A DNA stretch of 63,693 bases, counting the filler, from Lenisia limosa (taxonomy: Eukaryota; Protista; Breviatea): NCBI GenBank assembly GCA_001655205.1. It is 9 parts of 9 records of this genome, joined end to end, with 100 filler letters (N's around TTAATTAATTAA, not from the genome) between each part and the next. Parts side by side here need not be neighbours in the genome. Positions count along the whole stretch, not along the records: positions 36,433 to 53,705 come from LPNZ01007037.1; positions 53,806 to 56,869 come from LPNZ01004260.1; positions 56,970 to 59,295 come from LPNZ01005163.1; positions 59,396 to 62,548 come from LPNZ01011115.1; positions 62,649 to 63,693 come from LPNZ01000423.1; 4 more parts are not named here. One strand, written 5' to 3'. Below, one piece after another: positions 53,445 through 63,693 of this stretch (position 1 is its first letter; the number at the start of each line of letters is the position of its first letter). A program made the translations under genes and the position numbers. A model generated the notes under the pieces. The model was not told the DNA's origin, searched no databases, and saw nothing but the letters and a program-made list of their open reading frames with translations.

Positions 53445-54470
53445 GTATGCTGATTTGAACATTGAGGGCGGTAAATCCCTGGACAATGATGACATAAGCA
53501 CCTTTCATGATGCCATTGTGTTCATTAATCTCACTGAACACTTCCTGCTTTTTTCTTAACCTTCTCTTCCTCCTAGTCTCTTTCCTCATGCGTCAGTAAC
53601 TGTTTGATATTTTGACTCTCAACTATGCTTTTAAAAATTCAAAAATATTCAGATGGGGTGCGGTGCAGAAGCGACTGGCCTGGGCTGTTTGTTTGTGTTA
53701 CCAATNNNNNNNNNNNNNNNNNNNNNNNNNNNNNNNNNNNNNNNNNNNNTTAATTAATTAANNNNNNNNNNNNNNNNNNNNNNNNNNNNNNNNNNNNNNN
53801 NNNNNAGATACGGGGCCTTTGACTTTCTGAGTCCTTCCCTCCACAATATCATCCACTGACACCGTACGTGCCATTATGCCAGTCTAGAAGGGTGAAAATC
53901 ATCTAATTTTCTTACTAATTGGTGAGTGAAAATCTCTAAAAAATCATAGGTAAGTCTCAAGTAAATATGAATACAAAGATAGGCAAGTATCAGAAAAGGA
54001 GTTAAGATCATATATAGTGCTTCATTCCCCAATCCTCTAAGGATTACATAAAATGTGGTGGGTGCGTTTAAAACAAATTATTTCAATTGAGATTTTTAGA
54101 AACAAAAGCAAACCGACGCTTAGAGTGGTTCTGGAGTGGATTGAGGGCCTCAGGTCAAAGCCTGAAGCAAGTCCATAATTCCGTGGCTACTTCCGTTTAT
54201 TGATACTCTTTATACGTATTAAGACTGTTGAATGGTGAAAGGGAAAGGAAGGGCCAAAAGGAAGCACAAAATAAATCAACTTGATCCTCGATCTAAATGT
54301 TTCTTTTTTGGTTTTTTCGCGTTACAAATTAATATAGGATCTGAAGAAAGCTTAAAAAGAGTAATATAACTATATTTTAACAGCAAAAGACAGATAGAGT
54401 GAGCTAACACCAGGTTTTGCTCGTATCAGTGGCCTTTCCTCCTCCACTCCTCTACTGTTGTCATTTTAAG

Positions 54471-55000
54471 AAGCTAATCAGGCATTACAAGGGGCCTGTG
54501 CCCCGGAGCCTCCATGTCCCTCCCGAAGGCCTTTAGTGTATGTTTGTTCATTGCTCTTACCCCTCCCTCCCTTCTCCCGGTAATCATACGATCTTTATGA
54601 CAGATGTCACAATCATAGTTCCTATTCAAATTGATCAAGGTGATTCCTCTTTGAATATCTCCAACACCTTCTCCTTGAATATCCAATCTCAACCCACTGT
54701 TTCAACCTGTTGTTTTCTGTGCTTTTCATCGTGTCAGTGTATAAGTACCTTAGAACCTTCACTTCACTTCACGCAAATAATTCAATCTTTCGTATGGTTC
54801 CCTCTTGGGAAAAGAAATTTCAATTCTTCCCGACGGTTTACAAAGCGGATGGTTGCTTTGCGCACAACGTTTTCTGACGCATTGATGGCTTGAATATAAT
54901 GCGATATGGAGGGGTATCCTATTATTGTCTCCTTATAGCCCCAGGATGTCTCTCCCGATCTGTCACGAAGGAAAGTCGATGTGGAGAAAGATGTTAAGGG
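54471..55000 (-). CDS. Possible hypothetical protein exons
   Basis: Open frames ...ENVVRKATIRFVNRREELKFL and LRLDIQGEGVGDIQRG...CDICHKDR with a GTAAGA donor; no family recognised. Confidence 0.2.
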
Positions 55001-55230
55001 CAAAAAGGTTGGAGGTGGCTCGGATTGGCTGCTGATTTTATATGAGTTGAATTCATTTATAGTGCGTATTTGTAACACTTTTCATGTACATTCATAAAGT
55101 GCAATTTTTTTTTTCGATTTTTGGATCAATTTGTGTTCGCTTTTAGTGGAATGGTGATTAGTATTATATGTGATGACATGGAGGGTTTGGCCGAATGTAG
55201 CCTTTTTGGATTTTCGTTTCTCCATATATT

Positions 55231-55307
55231 CAGTGACCGGGATATGTCTTGATCTATTTTCCTTGGGAAATCAGATAGCAAATCGGTCAGGACTTATCCG
55301 GTCACTG
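55231..55307. mobile_element. CAGTG-terminal palindromic MITE (Tc1/mariner-like)
   Basis: CAGTGACCGGGATATGTCTTGATC ... GGTCAGGACTTATCCGGTCACTG|TA; related copy at ~59764-59834. Confidence 0.6.
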
Positions 55308-55544
55308 TATCTTTTTTTGTATATACTACGTATACTGACAGTGATACGTCATGACGCGTATACTGAGCGTTATCTTGAGTCAAACGTGTCTGGACTTATG
55401 GCGATCAGTGAATATGATGTGGATGGTTTCGCCTTTTTTGGCTTTTGCGTTTCTCCTAATAATATGTATGATATGTACATGCTGACCATGTACATGTAAG
55501 TCTTGGATTTCCTTGATACTATCTCAAGGACAATGGGTCAAGAC

Positions 55545-55634
55545 TACGGCTTCACTTCGGTTCGAGAAAAGACTGAATTGCTCGATAAATCCTCAGAAAC
55601 TATCGATATTTTCACGAAACGAAATGAAGCCTTT
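55545..55634. mobile_element. hAT MITE subfamily A
   Basis: Perfect TSD GTCAAGAC at 55537-55544 and 55635-55642. Confidence 0.9.
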
Positions 55635-55923
55635 GTCAAGACTTACCACGGCCACTGTATATTGATGTATATAACGCTCCCTATTCAATATTTCAATTAT
55701 TGTCATATCATCCATTTATTTTGACACTCTTCTTCGTAAAATCTCTACCTATTCATTTTTGTCCTGGGGTTGCACGCAGAAAGCTGTATGCACACAGTTG
55801 TAAGAAAATTATTTGGTGATTTAATAGTATACAATAATCCGGTAGCTATTACCTGTTTTTATATTGTTTTTCACATATTCATTTCTGTCCCTTGATGGAG
55901 GGGTACTGATTCAGCCTTATGAC

Positions 55924-56023
55924 TGGGGCTACCCTGCATTCCGAAAAAAGACCGATAAAATATCGTATTTATCTAGGATTTATCGGGAAATGAAGTCTTT
56001 TTTGGGACCGTAGGGAAGCCATA
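55924..56023. mobile_element. hAT MITE subfamily B
   Basis: GGGGCTACCCTGCATTCCG ... GGACCGTAGGGAAGCCATA; TSD CTTATGAC / CTTAACAG is degenerate. Confidence 0.8.
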
Positions 56024-56099
56024 CTTAACAGAAGTCGACTACATAAGCGATAATTTTTTATATTTCATAAAACCTGCCCCCTCTCCCCATTTGGTATGC

Positions 56100-56840
56100 A
56101 GTGCTTGTCTGAGCATTTTGTCAAGCCCACAGAGTTGACTCTGGCATTTTGTTTCATGAATCTATTGCCTCAGTGTCCCCAACAGAGTTGCTTCTGGGGA
56201 ATTTGTCAGCCAAAAAGTTGATCTGGGCATTTTTGTTTCATAATTTTCCAGTTTACCCCCCCCCCCCCCCNNNNNNNNNNNNNNNNNNNNNNNNNNNNNN
56301 NNNNNNNNNNNNNNNNNNNNNNNNNNNNNNNNNNNNNNCATGCAGCTGCACGACATGGCTTACTACCCCTCCTTCAGGAGCATCTACAGGACCCTAACGC
56401 TAGAGGACTGGTGGGGCAGGGGAGGGGGCTCTTTTTGGCTTATTGTTTCATTTTATTACTCTCATTTGTAATTTTGAATTTACTATGACTCCCTGCAATT
56501 CACTATTTGCGGAAATTAGTTGACACAATTTTAAATTAAAGTGTCTGAAATGGAGTTTTCGTGACAATATATCTAGAGATTCCCTACGGTCCGAAAAAGA
56601 CTGTCAAAATATCGATAGTTTTCGAGAATTAGTCAAAAAATTCAGTCATTTTCGAGACCGTAGGGAAGCCCTAAATATATCCCACTTCAAACTGAATTCT
56701 TCAATGAATTGCACACAGTCCTCTAATTCAATCTGCAGAAAAACAGTACTCCCCTCCACCACGCATGTGCGGGCGGACATGAGGCCTGTGTCAGATACCT
56801 GCTGCAACACAAGGCTGATCGCACCGTTTCTGACACTGTG
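56100..56840 (+). CDS. Ankyrin-repeat protein fragment
   Basis: HAAARHGLLPLLQEHLQDPNARG and KNSTPLHHACAGGHEACVRYLLQHKADRTVSDT|gtggg. Confidence 0.8.
56574..56673. mobile_element. hAT MITE subfamily B (intronic)
   Basis: TTCCCTACGGTCCGAAAAAGAC ... GACCGTAGGGAAGCCCTA; perfect TSD AATATATC. Confidence 0.92.
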
Positions 56841-56969
56841 GGAGGGGGACTGGTGATAAAAGGTTTTTTNNNNNNNNNNNNNNNNNNNNNNNNNNNNNNN
56901 NNNNNNNNNNNNNTTAATTAATTAANNNNNNNNNNNNNNNNNNNNNNNNNNNNNNNNNNNNNNNNNNNN

Positions 56970-57056
56970 ATGTTCCTAGATAAAGACTGAATTTCTCGAT
57001 AGGTCCTCGATGGATATCGATGTTCTAACGGTCTTTTTTGGACCATAGGGAACCTC
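56970..57056. mobile_element. hAT MITE subfamily B at contig edge
   Basis: Core plus GGACCATAGGGAACC end. Confidence 0.7.
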
Positions 57057-57431
57057 TTGGTATCAACAACAAGTTGACCAGCAACTTGATGCCTAGAGGT
57101 TGGGGGACTATTTCGTTCCAGAATCGAAATATTGACTCTATCAATCACATCTATGTATGCTGGAGAGCCACGCAGAAAGCTGTGTGCCTAAAGTTGTAAG
57201 GCAAATGATTGGGTGAATTAATATTATACTACTATCACAATATCTCTTATAAGACGATGGTCTTGACGGCTTCGGCCAGACACCCCAAATTGCACAGTTC
57301 TCTTTATTACTGACTCTTTAGCCTGAAGCTGCTGTTGGAGTAATTTCATACGCACAATCGCACACAAACGTGACTCTCAAAGAAACCTGGTGGGAGGGGT
57401 GTTGATGTTTGAAATAATCAAATGGTCTCTC

Positions 57432-57532
57432 TTGGGCTTTACTTCGGTTCGAAAAATACCAATAAACTATCGATAATTTTTGAGTATTTATTGAGAAATT
57501 CGGTCTTTTTTTCGAACCGAAGTGAAGCCTCT
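57432..57532. mobile_element. hAT MITE subfamily A
   Basis: GGGCTTTACTTCGGTTCG ... CGAACCGAAGTGAAGCC. Confidence 0.85.
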
Positions 57533-59234
57533 TGCTCTACATTTTGTTGTATGCAAGTTATTTCAATGCACGGTCTCACACTTTCCCCCCATAATAACCC
57601 GGTAGGTACGAAAAGCTGCAGCGTTGGAACGACGCGCTTTATGCTTATGAGACCAAGCCCTATGCTAATAAGGACCCTGTCATCATTCTTGGGCGAATGA
57701 GGTTGGTCCAGGCTTAGCTTTGGGAATATACAATAATGTATGAGACGTAAACCCTCCGGTTATTGAATATATTTTCCCATTTATGAAATTCGTTACAACA
57801 TTCTTCATTCGTAATCCGAATAACGAGCGCCAAACACGGTCTGTGAATCGAGTATCGAAGTATTTAATCTTTATAAACAGAACTATCTCTCACCTCACTT
57901 TAAGACAATTAATGAAATATAATAAATACACAAAAAAAAATACATGGGGAATCATGAAACTCAAAACTTCTCGATATATCCTTGATTATTATTGCACGTC
58001 GTGTTCTTTTGAGAATTCGTTGAGTCTTGAAATCCTGTATGACATAGTTTCGAGGAATGCACGGTTCATCAATAATCCCCCTTTCAGATGCCTGAACGCG
58101 CTGTGTGACTGGAACCGGCTCGCAAGAATGGCTAGTATGAGGAGGCCATATTGATTAAACATGGCCAACATTCCTGCTACCCCTAATCAGCAGAAGCGAT
58201 TGGTTTAGGACCTGGTAATTTGTTTACAACCCTCACGTGTTAGCCAACAGAGTCGATTTTGCCTTCTTTTCTTTCTTTTTCTTTTCATAAATTGTCTATT
58301 CCCCCCTCCCGTACGCTGGAGTGATGGGATGCGGTGCTGAGAAGCTGGAGTGATGGGATGCGGTGCTGCAGAAGCGACTGGTCTGGGCTGTATTTGTTTT
58401 GTTGTTATCAACCCTCGTGTGTNNNNNNNNNNNNNNNNNNNNNNNNNNNNNNNNNNNNNNNNNNNNNNNNNNNNNNNNNNNNNNNNNNNNNNNNNNNNNN
58501 NNNNNNNNNNNNNNNNNNNNNNNNNNNNNNNNNNNNNNNNNNNNNNNNNNNNNNNNNNNNNNNNNNNNNNNNNNNNNNNNNNNNNNNNNNNNNNNNNNTT
58601 GAGTTTGGAGTTTCAGATTATTCGGTTTGTGATTAATTCTCCCCCTTTAGGCGAGGCTTGGAACACAAAGGGCAAAGAAACACGCAACCTGCTTGCCCCT
58701 CTTGGAGCTACCGCATCTTGGCACCAGAGGGACTGGAGAAGCCTGTCCAAGTACACTGAGGCTATACAGAAGACTACCGTGGGGATATTTAATTGTGTTT
58801 GACGTGTTTGTTTCAAGCAAAATGGAATGAGAGTCTTCACCCCAGGTTGATTTGTTTTTATTATTTTCAACCCTTTAGAATCCAATGTTGAGCTAACAGA
58901 GTTGATTTTGAGTTTTTTTGAGTTTTTTTTTTTTTTTTTTAGTTCTATTGAATTTTCCCTTTGACATCNNNNNNNNNNNNNNNNNNNNNNNNNNNNNNNN
59001 NNNNNNNNNNNNNNNNNNNNNNNNNNNNNNNNNNNNNNNNNNNNNNNNNNNNNNNNNNNNNNNNNNNNNNNNNNNNNNNNNNNNNNNNNNNNNNNNNNNN
59101 NNNNNNNNNNNNNNNNNNNNNNNNNNNNNNNNNNNNNNNNNNNNNNNNNNNNNNNNNNNNNNNNNNNNNNNNNNNNNNNNNNNNNNNNNNNNNNNNNNNN
59201 NNNNNNNNNNNNNNNNNNNNNNNNNNNNNNNNNN

Positions 59235-59294
59235 CATACTTCATTTCATCTTGAATCCCTTTATACTTCATTTCATCTTGAATCCCTTTATACT
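59235..59294. repeat. ~29-bp tandem repeat next to gaps
   Basis: ATACTTCATTTCATCTTGAATCCCTTT occurs twice and runs into Ns. Confidence 0.8.
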
Positions 59295-59395
59295 TNNNNN
59301 NNNNNNNNNNNNNNNNNNNNNNNNNNNNNNNNNNNNNNNTTAATTAATTAANNNNNNNNNNNNNNNNNNNNNNNNNNNNNNNNNNNNNNNNNNNN

Positions 59396-59465
59396 GTCCG
59401 GGAAAATACCTATAAATATCGATATTTATTGCGGGTTTTTCTAGAGATTCTGTAGGTAAGCCCTA
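59396..59465. mobile_element. hAT MITE subfamily B, partial at contig edge
   Basis: ATATCGATAT core and GTAGGTAAGCCCTA end. Confidence 0.6.
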
Positions 59466-59479
59466 ATAATAAGTCATTC

Positions 59480-59990
59480 CCCGAACCCCCCGTGTTACCA
59501 AATTGATGAACAACCCCATACAGTAGGTTAATTTGGCGAGTTCCGCTCCGATGTGTTGTTGTCTGTCTGTCATATCGCACATCCAGTAGCCTGGCAAGCG
59601 TAAAAAGAGAAAAACATGACTATGATGCAGTTTCAATAGACAATTTATTGCAAAAAATAAAAAAGAAAGAAAAAAAAAACATGGTAATGAAATGTGTCGT
59701 TTTAAGTACGTCAAGAGCCACTTTGCAGTATGAGATAAGATTAAGTGAATATAGAGTGACAACTGGGTTAAGCCTTGCCCGATTTTCTACGTGATTTCCC
59801 AAGGAAAATCGGTCAAGACTTATCCCGGTCACAGTACGACACCCCCCCCCCCNNNNNNNNNNNNNNNNNNNNNNNNNNNNNNNNNNNNNNNNNNNNNNNN
59901 NNNNNNNNNNNATCGGGATGGCGGATGAAGAACTTCTCAATACTCTTGACGGCCGCGACACGACGATCCTTGTTGACATGCGCTAATTTC
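59480..59990 (-). CDS. Hypothetical protein exons
   Basis: cccag|RKLAHVNKDRRVAAVKSIEKFFIRHP; a second candidate exon at ~59520-59595 ends at a GTATGG donor. Confidence 0.3.
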
Positions 59991-60448
59991 CTGGGGGAGG
60001 GGGGTGAAATTTATGAAAATTATAAACAATAATAATCAAAAAAAAAACGTATTATATGAGAGGGAGACAGCCCAAACACACATCAAGACGCTACCCAAGA
60101 TATTTGATATATTTGTTTACAAAATCAATCAACAAAACCCACCGACACGTATTCATATCATTTTGGGTCTTTATTCGCACGTGGCAATTAAGTTGTGAAT
60201 ATGGGATTGATACAACTCTCATATCCTCACTATTCTCACTTTATCAAATCATCTTTTCAGCTTAGTCGCTCTCATTGAAACACTTACACACAACGAAAAC
60301 ACATTTCATTACAAAAAAAAACCAGCCTTTAACAAAATGTTCCCATGTACCAATTGGGAATCGCGTATATTTCTTGTGGTTTCCGTATAATTACATGCGA
60401 TTACCATTCCAATAAAGGCAGTCCCAACATTTTACAAAGAATCCCAAG

Positions 60449-60739
60449 TCAATACCCCATCAGCACTGTAAGAACACGATCAAACCTGGCAATGAAGATG
60501 TCATATTGCGAAGGTCCTTCCTCAGCCTTGAGAATCTCCGCCTCTGTCTTTTCCGACACAATATCACCAGTAACCTGGGCATGGGCCTTGGCGATCTTGC
60601 GCTCCTCGTGCTTCTGCATCATTGCCTTCTTCTTCTTGCCGACTTTTGAGGGAGCCACCACCTGCTTAACAGCTCTTCTGATGTCATCTTTCTTAGAATT
60701 AGAGAGCTGGCGCTTAACTCCTCCGGCGTGTTTACCCAT
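60449..60739 (-). CDS. Small intronless Lys-rich protein (96 aa), function unknown
   Basis: MGKHAGGVKRQLSNSKKDDIRRAVKQVVAPSKVGKKKK...FIARFDRVLTVLMGY*; clean GC-richer ORF between AT-rich flanks. Confidence 0.65.
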   Translation of the reverse strand: MGKHAGGVKRQLSNSKKDDIRRAVKQVVAPSKVGKKKKAMMQKHEERKIAKAHAQVTGDIVSEKTEAEILKAEEGPSQYDIFIARFDRVLTVLMGY

Positions 60740-60982
60740 TGTGTGCAAAACTAAATGTTAAGTCAGTATATCAGGTATAATACGTTCCTTACAGTAAAAT
60801 TAAACACAAGAGGATGCTTTTCTAAGAAAATTGTGCTAAAATGAACAACGTATAAACTTACAGTGGACAAATAAAAGAGGAAATTCACTGAAAAAAAACA
60901 AACGATTGTAGTTGATAGCCCCTCTTTAAAACTGTTAAATACTTCTAGTTATTTGCAATACTGTTAAAAAAGGTCCTTAAAG

Positions 60983-62038
60983 ATGGAAGAACTCGGCCTT
61001 GGCCAACAATCTAAGACAGTAACCGAAGAGGTTTGTGCGACAACAGTGGTGTTTTCTAATATCTAGGTTCAAGTTACAGAGCTTCATCGCGCAGTGTTTC
61101 GCAATGAGTCAGATCTCTACCTAAGATGTTTGTTTCCCGTTTCAGAGTTTTCTTTCTCACCCTTTGTAGTGAAGAAACTTGAAAATGAGTACGAATACCT
61201 AGCGTTGGAGGAGGGCTACCTCAGAGACGAAATCCGCTACCTCAAGAGGGAACTTGTTAGAGCGCAGCAAGAGGTTCGTTTCCTTCATATCAAACCATCC
61301 ATCATTCTCTCCCCCTTTTGCTTTTGTTATATACTTCTTTTAAAAAGTTGATTAGAAGAAAGCGTGATTGTGATTGACTGTTTCAGTGTAAGCGTGTCCA
61401 AAGCATCCCCCTCCTTATTGGGCAATTCCACGAACTGATCGACAACAACACTGGTAGGACTTTGTTCAACCTCGATAAAAAGCGATGTTGTTCCCATCTT
61501 TTTCTAAGGACAGCATTGCTATGAATAACTACCAGATACATCCTTATTTTTTATTTCTCATTGAATGAATAACCACTAAACTTCAGGTAACCATTGAAAA
61601 CTGACAATTAAATATTTGATATTTCATGTTTTTTTGATAAGCGAATTCAAAGTCCTTTGATATGAGTGAGGTAACTAGGCTTAAAGCAAAAAAAAGGAGG
61701 GGAGGGTGTCAGAAGCATCGAATAGCCGTAACTTGTCTCCATGTCCTTAGATTCATTAATGGATTGTCTTTTCCCCCAAAAAGGAATAGACACATTTGAT
61801 TCTGGACTTTGTTTTGTTTCAAATAATTTCTCTTTGAACATATGGACATGAATCCCGCTTACCCATAGTTAGCCAACACAGTTGATTTTTGGCTCTCTTG
61901 TTTCAAATTAAAATTTCATTCCCCCTCCACCCCCCATGTTAAATTAACCACACTCACACTCCAGGAGTTATTTCAGCCTCAAACGGTGGGAGCTCCTACG
62001 TTCGAGTCCTCTCCACTCTTGACAGACAACTGCTGAAG
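60983..62038 (+). CDS. PSMC4: 26S proteasome AAA-ATPase subunit RPT3 (6B), N-terminal part
   Basis: MEELGLG...DLYLR|LKKLENEYEYLALEEGYLRDEIRYLKRELVRAQQE|CKRVQSIPLLIGQF...|GVISASNGGSSYVRVLSTLDRQLLK. Confidence 0.9.
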
Positions 62039-62864
62039 GTTTGGCTTTTTTGAAGCAGGATATACGTATCCTTATGAGGACCAAGGGGGTGGACCATATT
62101 GGTCCGGGGTACCAGTATTCATATCATTTCGAAAAAAAAGTTATATTTTGTTATAAATGAGAATTATATAGCTCATATGATCTAGTTTACCATTTACTTG
62201 GTATTTTCAAATAATTGTGTTTTAGATCACCAGATCAGTGACATGACATGAGTCCATTTCACCAAAAAATCTATACTTTTTTTTTTCTTTTTTTTTTTCC
62301 TTTTTTTTTCTCTCTTTTTTTTGTCTTTTCTTTTCCAATTAAGTATACCCAAGTGCTATGAAGCTTAAAANNNNNNNNNNCTCTTTTTTTTGTCTTTTCT
62401 TTTCCAATTAAGTATACCCAAGTGCTATGAAGCTTAAAAAACTCATATTATTAATCAAAATAAAAAACAACACGCCGAACTTCATTCAAAAAAAAAACAT
62501 TCATTTCCACAGTCAAAAGTTAATCACATCAAATACATAAACATAAACNNNNNNNNNNNNNNNNNNNNNNNNNNNNNNNNNNNNNNNNNNNNTTAATTAA
62601 TTAANNNNNNNNNNNNNNNNNNNNNNNNNNNNNNNNNNNNNNNNNNNNATATATCGATATATATACTATATATCATGAACAAATAAGAGTGAAATGCTAT
62701 TAAAAACGCACAGTATTATTTATTAATAAGAAAAAATGTAGCAAGGTGAACAGAATCCAGTGATGTGGCATACGCGGCATCAAAACTAACATTGTTCAGA
62801 AACAAAAAATGAAAAAGTAAAAGAGTCAACAGAACGAGATATTGACGTCATGAAACTAGATCAT

Positions 62865-63560
62865 ATGATGAATCCTTGAGCCAAAAAGGTTCCCTCCCAG
62901 TCTTCAACACCGGAAATCAAATCGAAATACAAGAACCCCAAAAATCAGCCTATTGGGAACTGAGAGATATCACCCCTCATGGTACACTCCTCACCATTTG
63001 GAGCAGCTTGTGAGAAAACATCAGTCAACGAGGGGACCAAATCCGAGAACATTGTCTTGAGGGGAATTTCAAGGTCCGAAATCATGAGCACCATTGAACA
63101 GAGGTCTTTTCTAGGCGGGTTACAGGTCAAGTTTTTTTTTTTTTTTGCTTAAAATACCATCACCACATCTTCAGACCTAGCATTGAGAACAAAGTCCAGC
63201 GACTGGTTAACACTCGGACGAGCCTCAAAGCAGAGTGTCTGAGGGTAAATTGGTTCACTGCTAAAGTTTCGCGATGATTGAAATTTTGACAGACCTTAGC
63301 TGAGGACTTGAGAACCAAGCTGCTGAACTGACACGGGCTGAAAAGCATTTCAAGTGACATACTGCGGACAAACTGCCGTTGTAACAAGTTACGTGTATGT
63401 GAGTCAAAAAAGAGCGTGAAATTTTTTTTTGTGATAATCATGGGGGACCAACCTGCCCAATGAAAGCGGTGGAGAGCCGCTTTGTTGTCTCCTCAAATAT
63501 CTGACCAACAGACGACGTATCACCGAAGGCCTACACGGTGATGCACATTATTTGGAAAGG
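62865..63560 (-). CDS. 3' exons of a hypothetical protein
   Basis: AFGDTSSVGQIFEETTKRLSTAFIGQ|FVRSMSLEMLFSPC...|...DLISGVEDWEGTFLAQGFII* with canonical junctions. Confidence 0.45.
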
Positions 63561-63693
63561 GCGACGTTTCCCTTCCACTCACAGTAAAGTTCACGTCATC
63601 CTTGATCGACTCTGACACCAGAAGTTTTAAAGTGAAGTCCTGGGAGGTAAATCACATAGTATAATATTAGATATCCCTTTTTTTTGGGAATAT

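Noticed and set aside
54600-54720. Frame interrupted only by TGA, hinting at TGA=Trp recoding
   Set aside because: Another frame is fully open, and TGA acts as the stop in YIPF6 and the 60449 ORF.
55503-55724. 73-aa ORF
   Set aside because: Most of its first half is a MITE copy with a perfect TSD.
62330-62440. Direct repeat either side of a 10-N gap
   Set aside because: Typical overlap of contig ends at a scaffold gap.
7642-62604. Eight TTAATTAATTAA motifs as a biological repeat or CRISPR-like array
   Set aside because: Always centred in an exact 44N+12+44N block; an assembly spacer.
1-63693. Prokaryotic systems (operons, CRISPR, defence islands), rRNA, tRNA, transposase genes
   Set aside because: None seen; the DNA is spliceosomal-intron-rich eukaryotic sequence.

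Overview
Eukaryotic, intron-rich genomic DNA that looks like a protist draft assembly; the organism cannot be assigned from sequence alone. It uses the standard code and GT-AG introns, so the ORF track mostly shows exon fragments. The window is nine contigs joined by eight 100-bp spacers (44 N + TTAATTAATTAA + 44 N), plus many variable N gaps next to G/C homopolymers. Recognisable genes: a UBA+RING protein, a TmcB/TmcC-like membrane protein, YIPF6, two ankyrin proteins, a Cys-rich GCC2/GCC3-repeat multi-TM surface protein, EAPP, DHX8/PRP22 (5' part) and PSMC4/RPT3 (5' part), plus several orphans. Most notable observations: (1) a large secreted beta-rich protein with an apparently unnamed ~110-145 aa Cys-bracketed repeat, possibly the N-terminus of one ~17-kb giant receptor gene; (2) polarised introns, with G-runs near donors and C-runs at acceptors on both strands; (3) an abundant ~100-bp hAT MITE family with 8-bp TSDs and alternative terminal variants; (4) head-to-head EAPP and DHX8. 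Exon models were read by eye, and gene boundaries are approximate unless stated otherwise.
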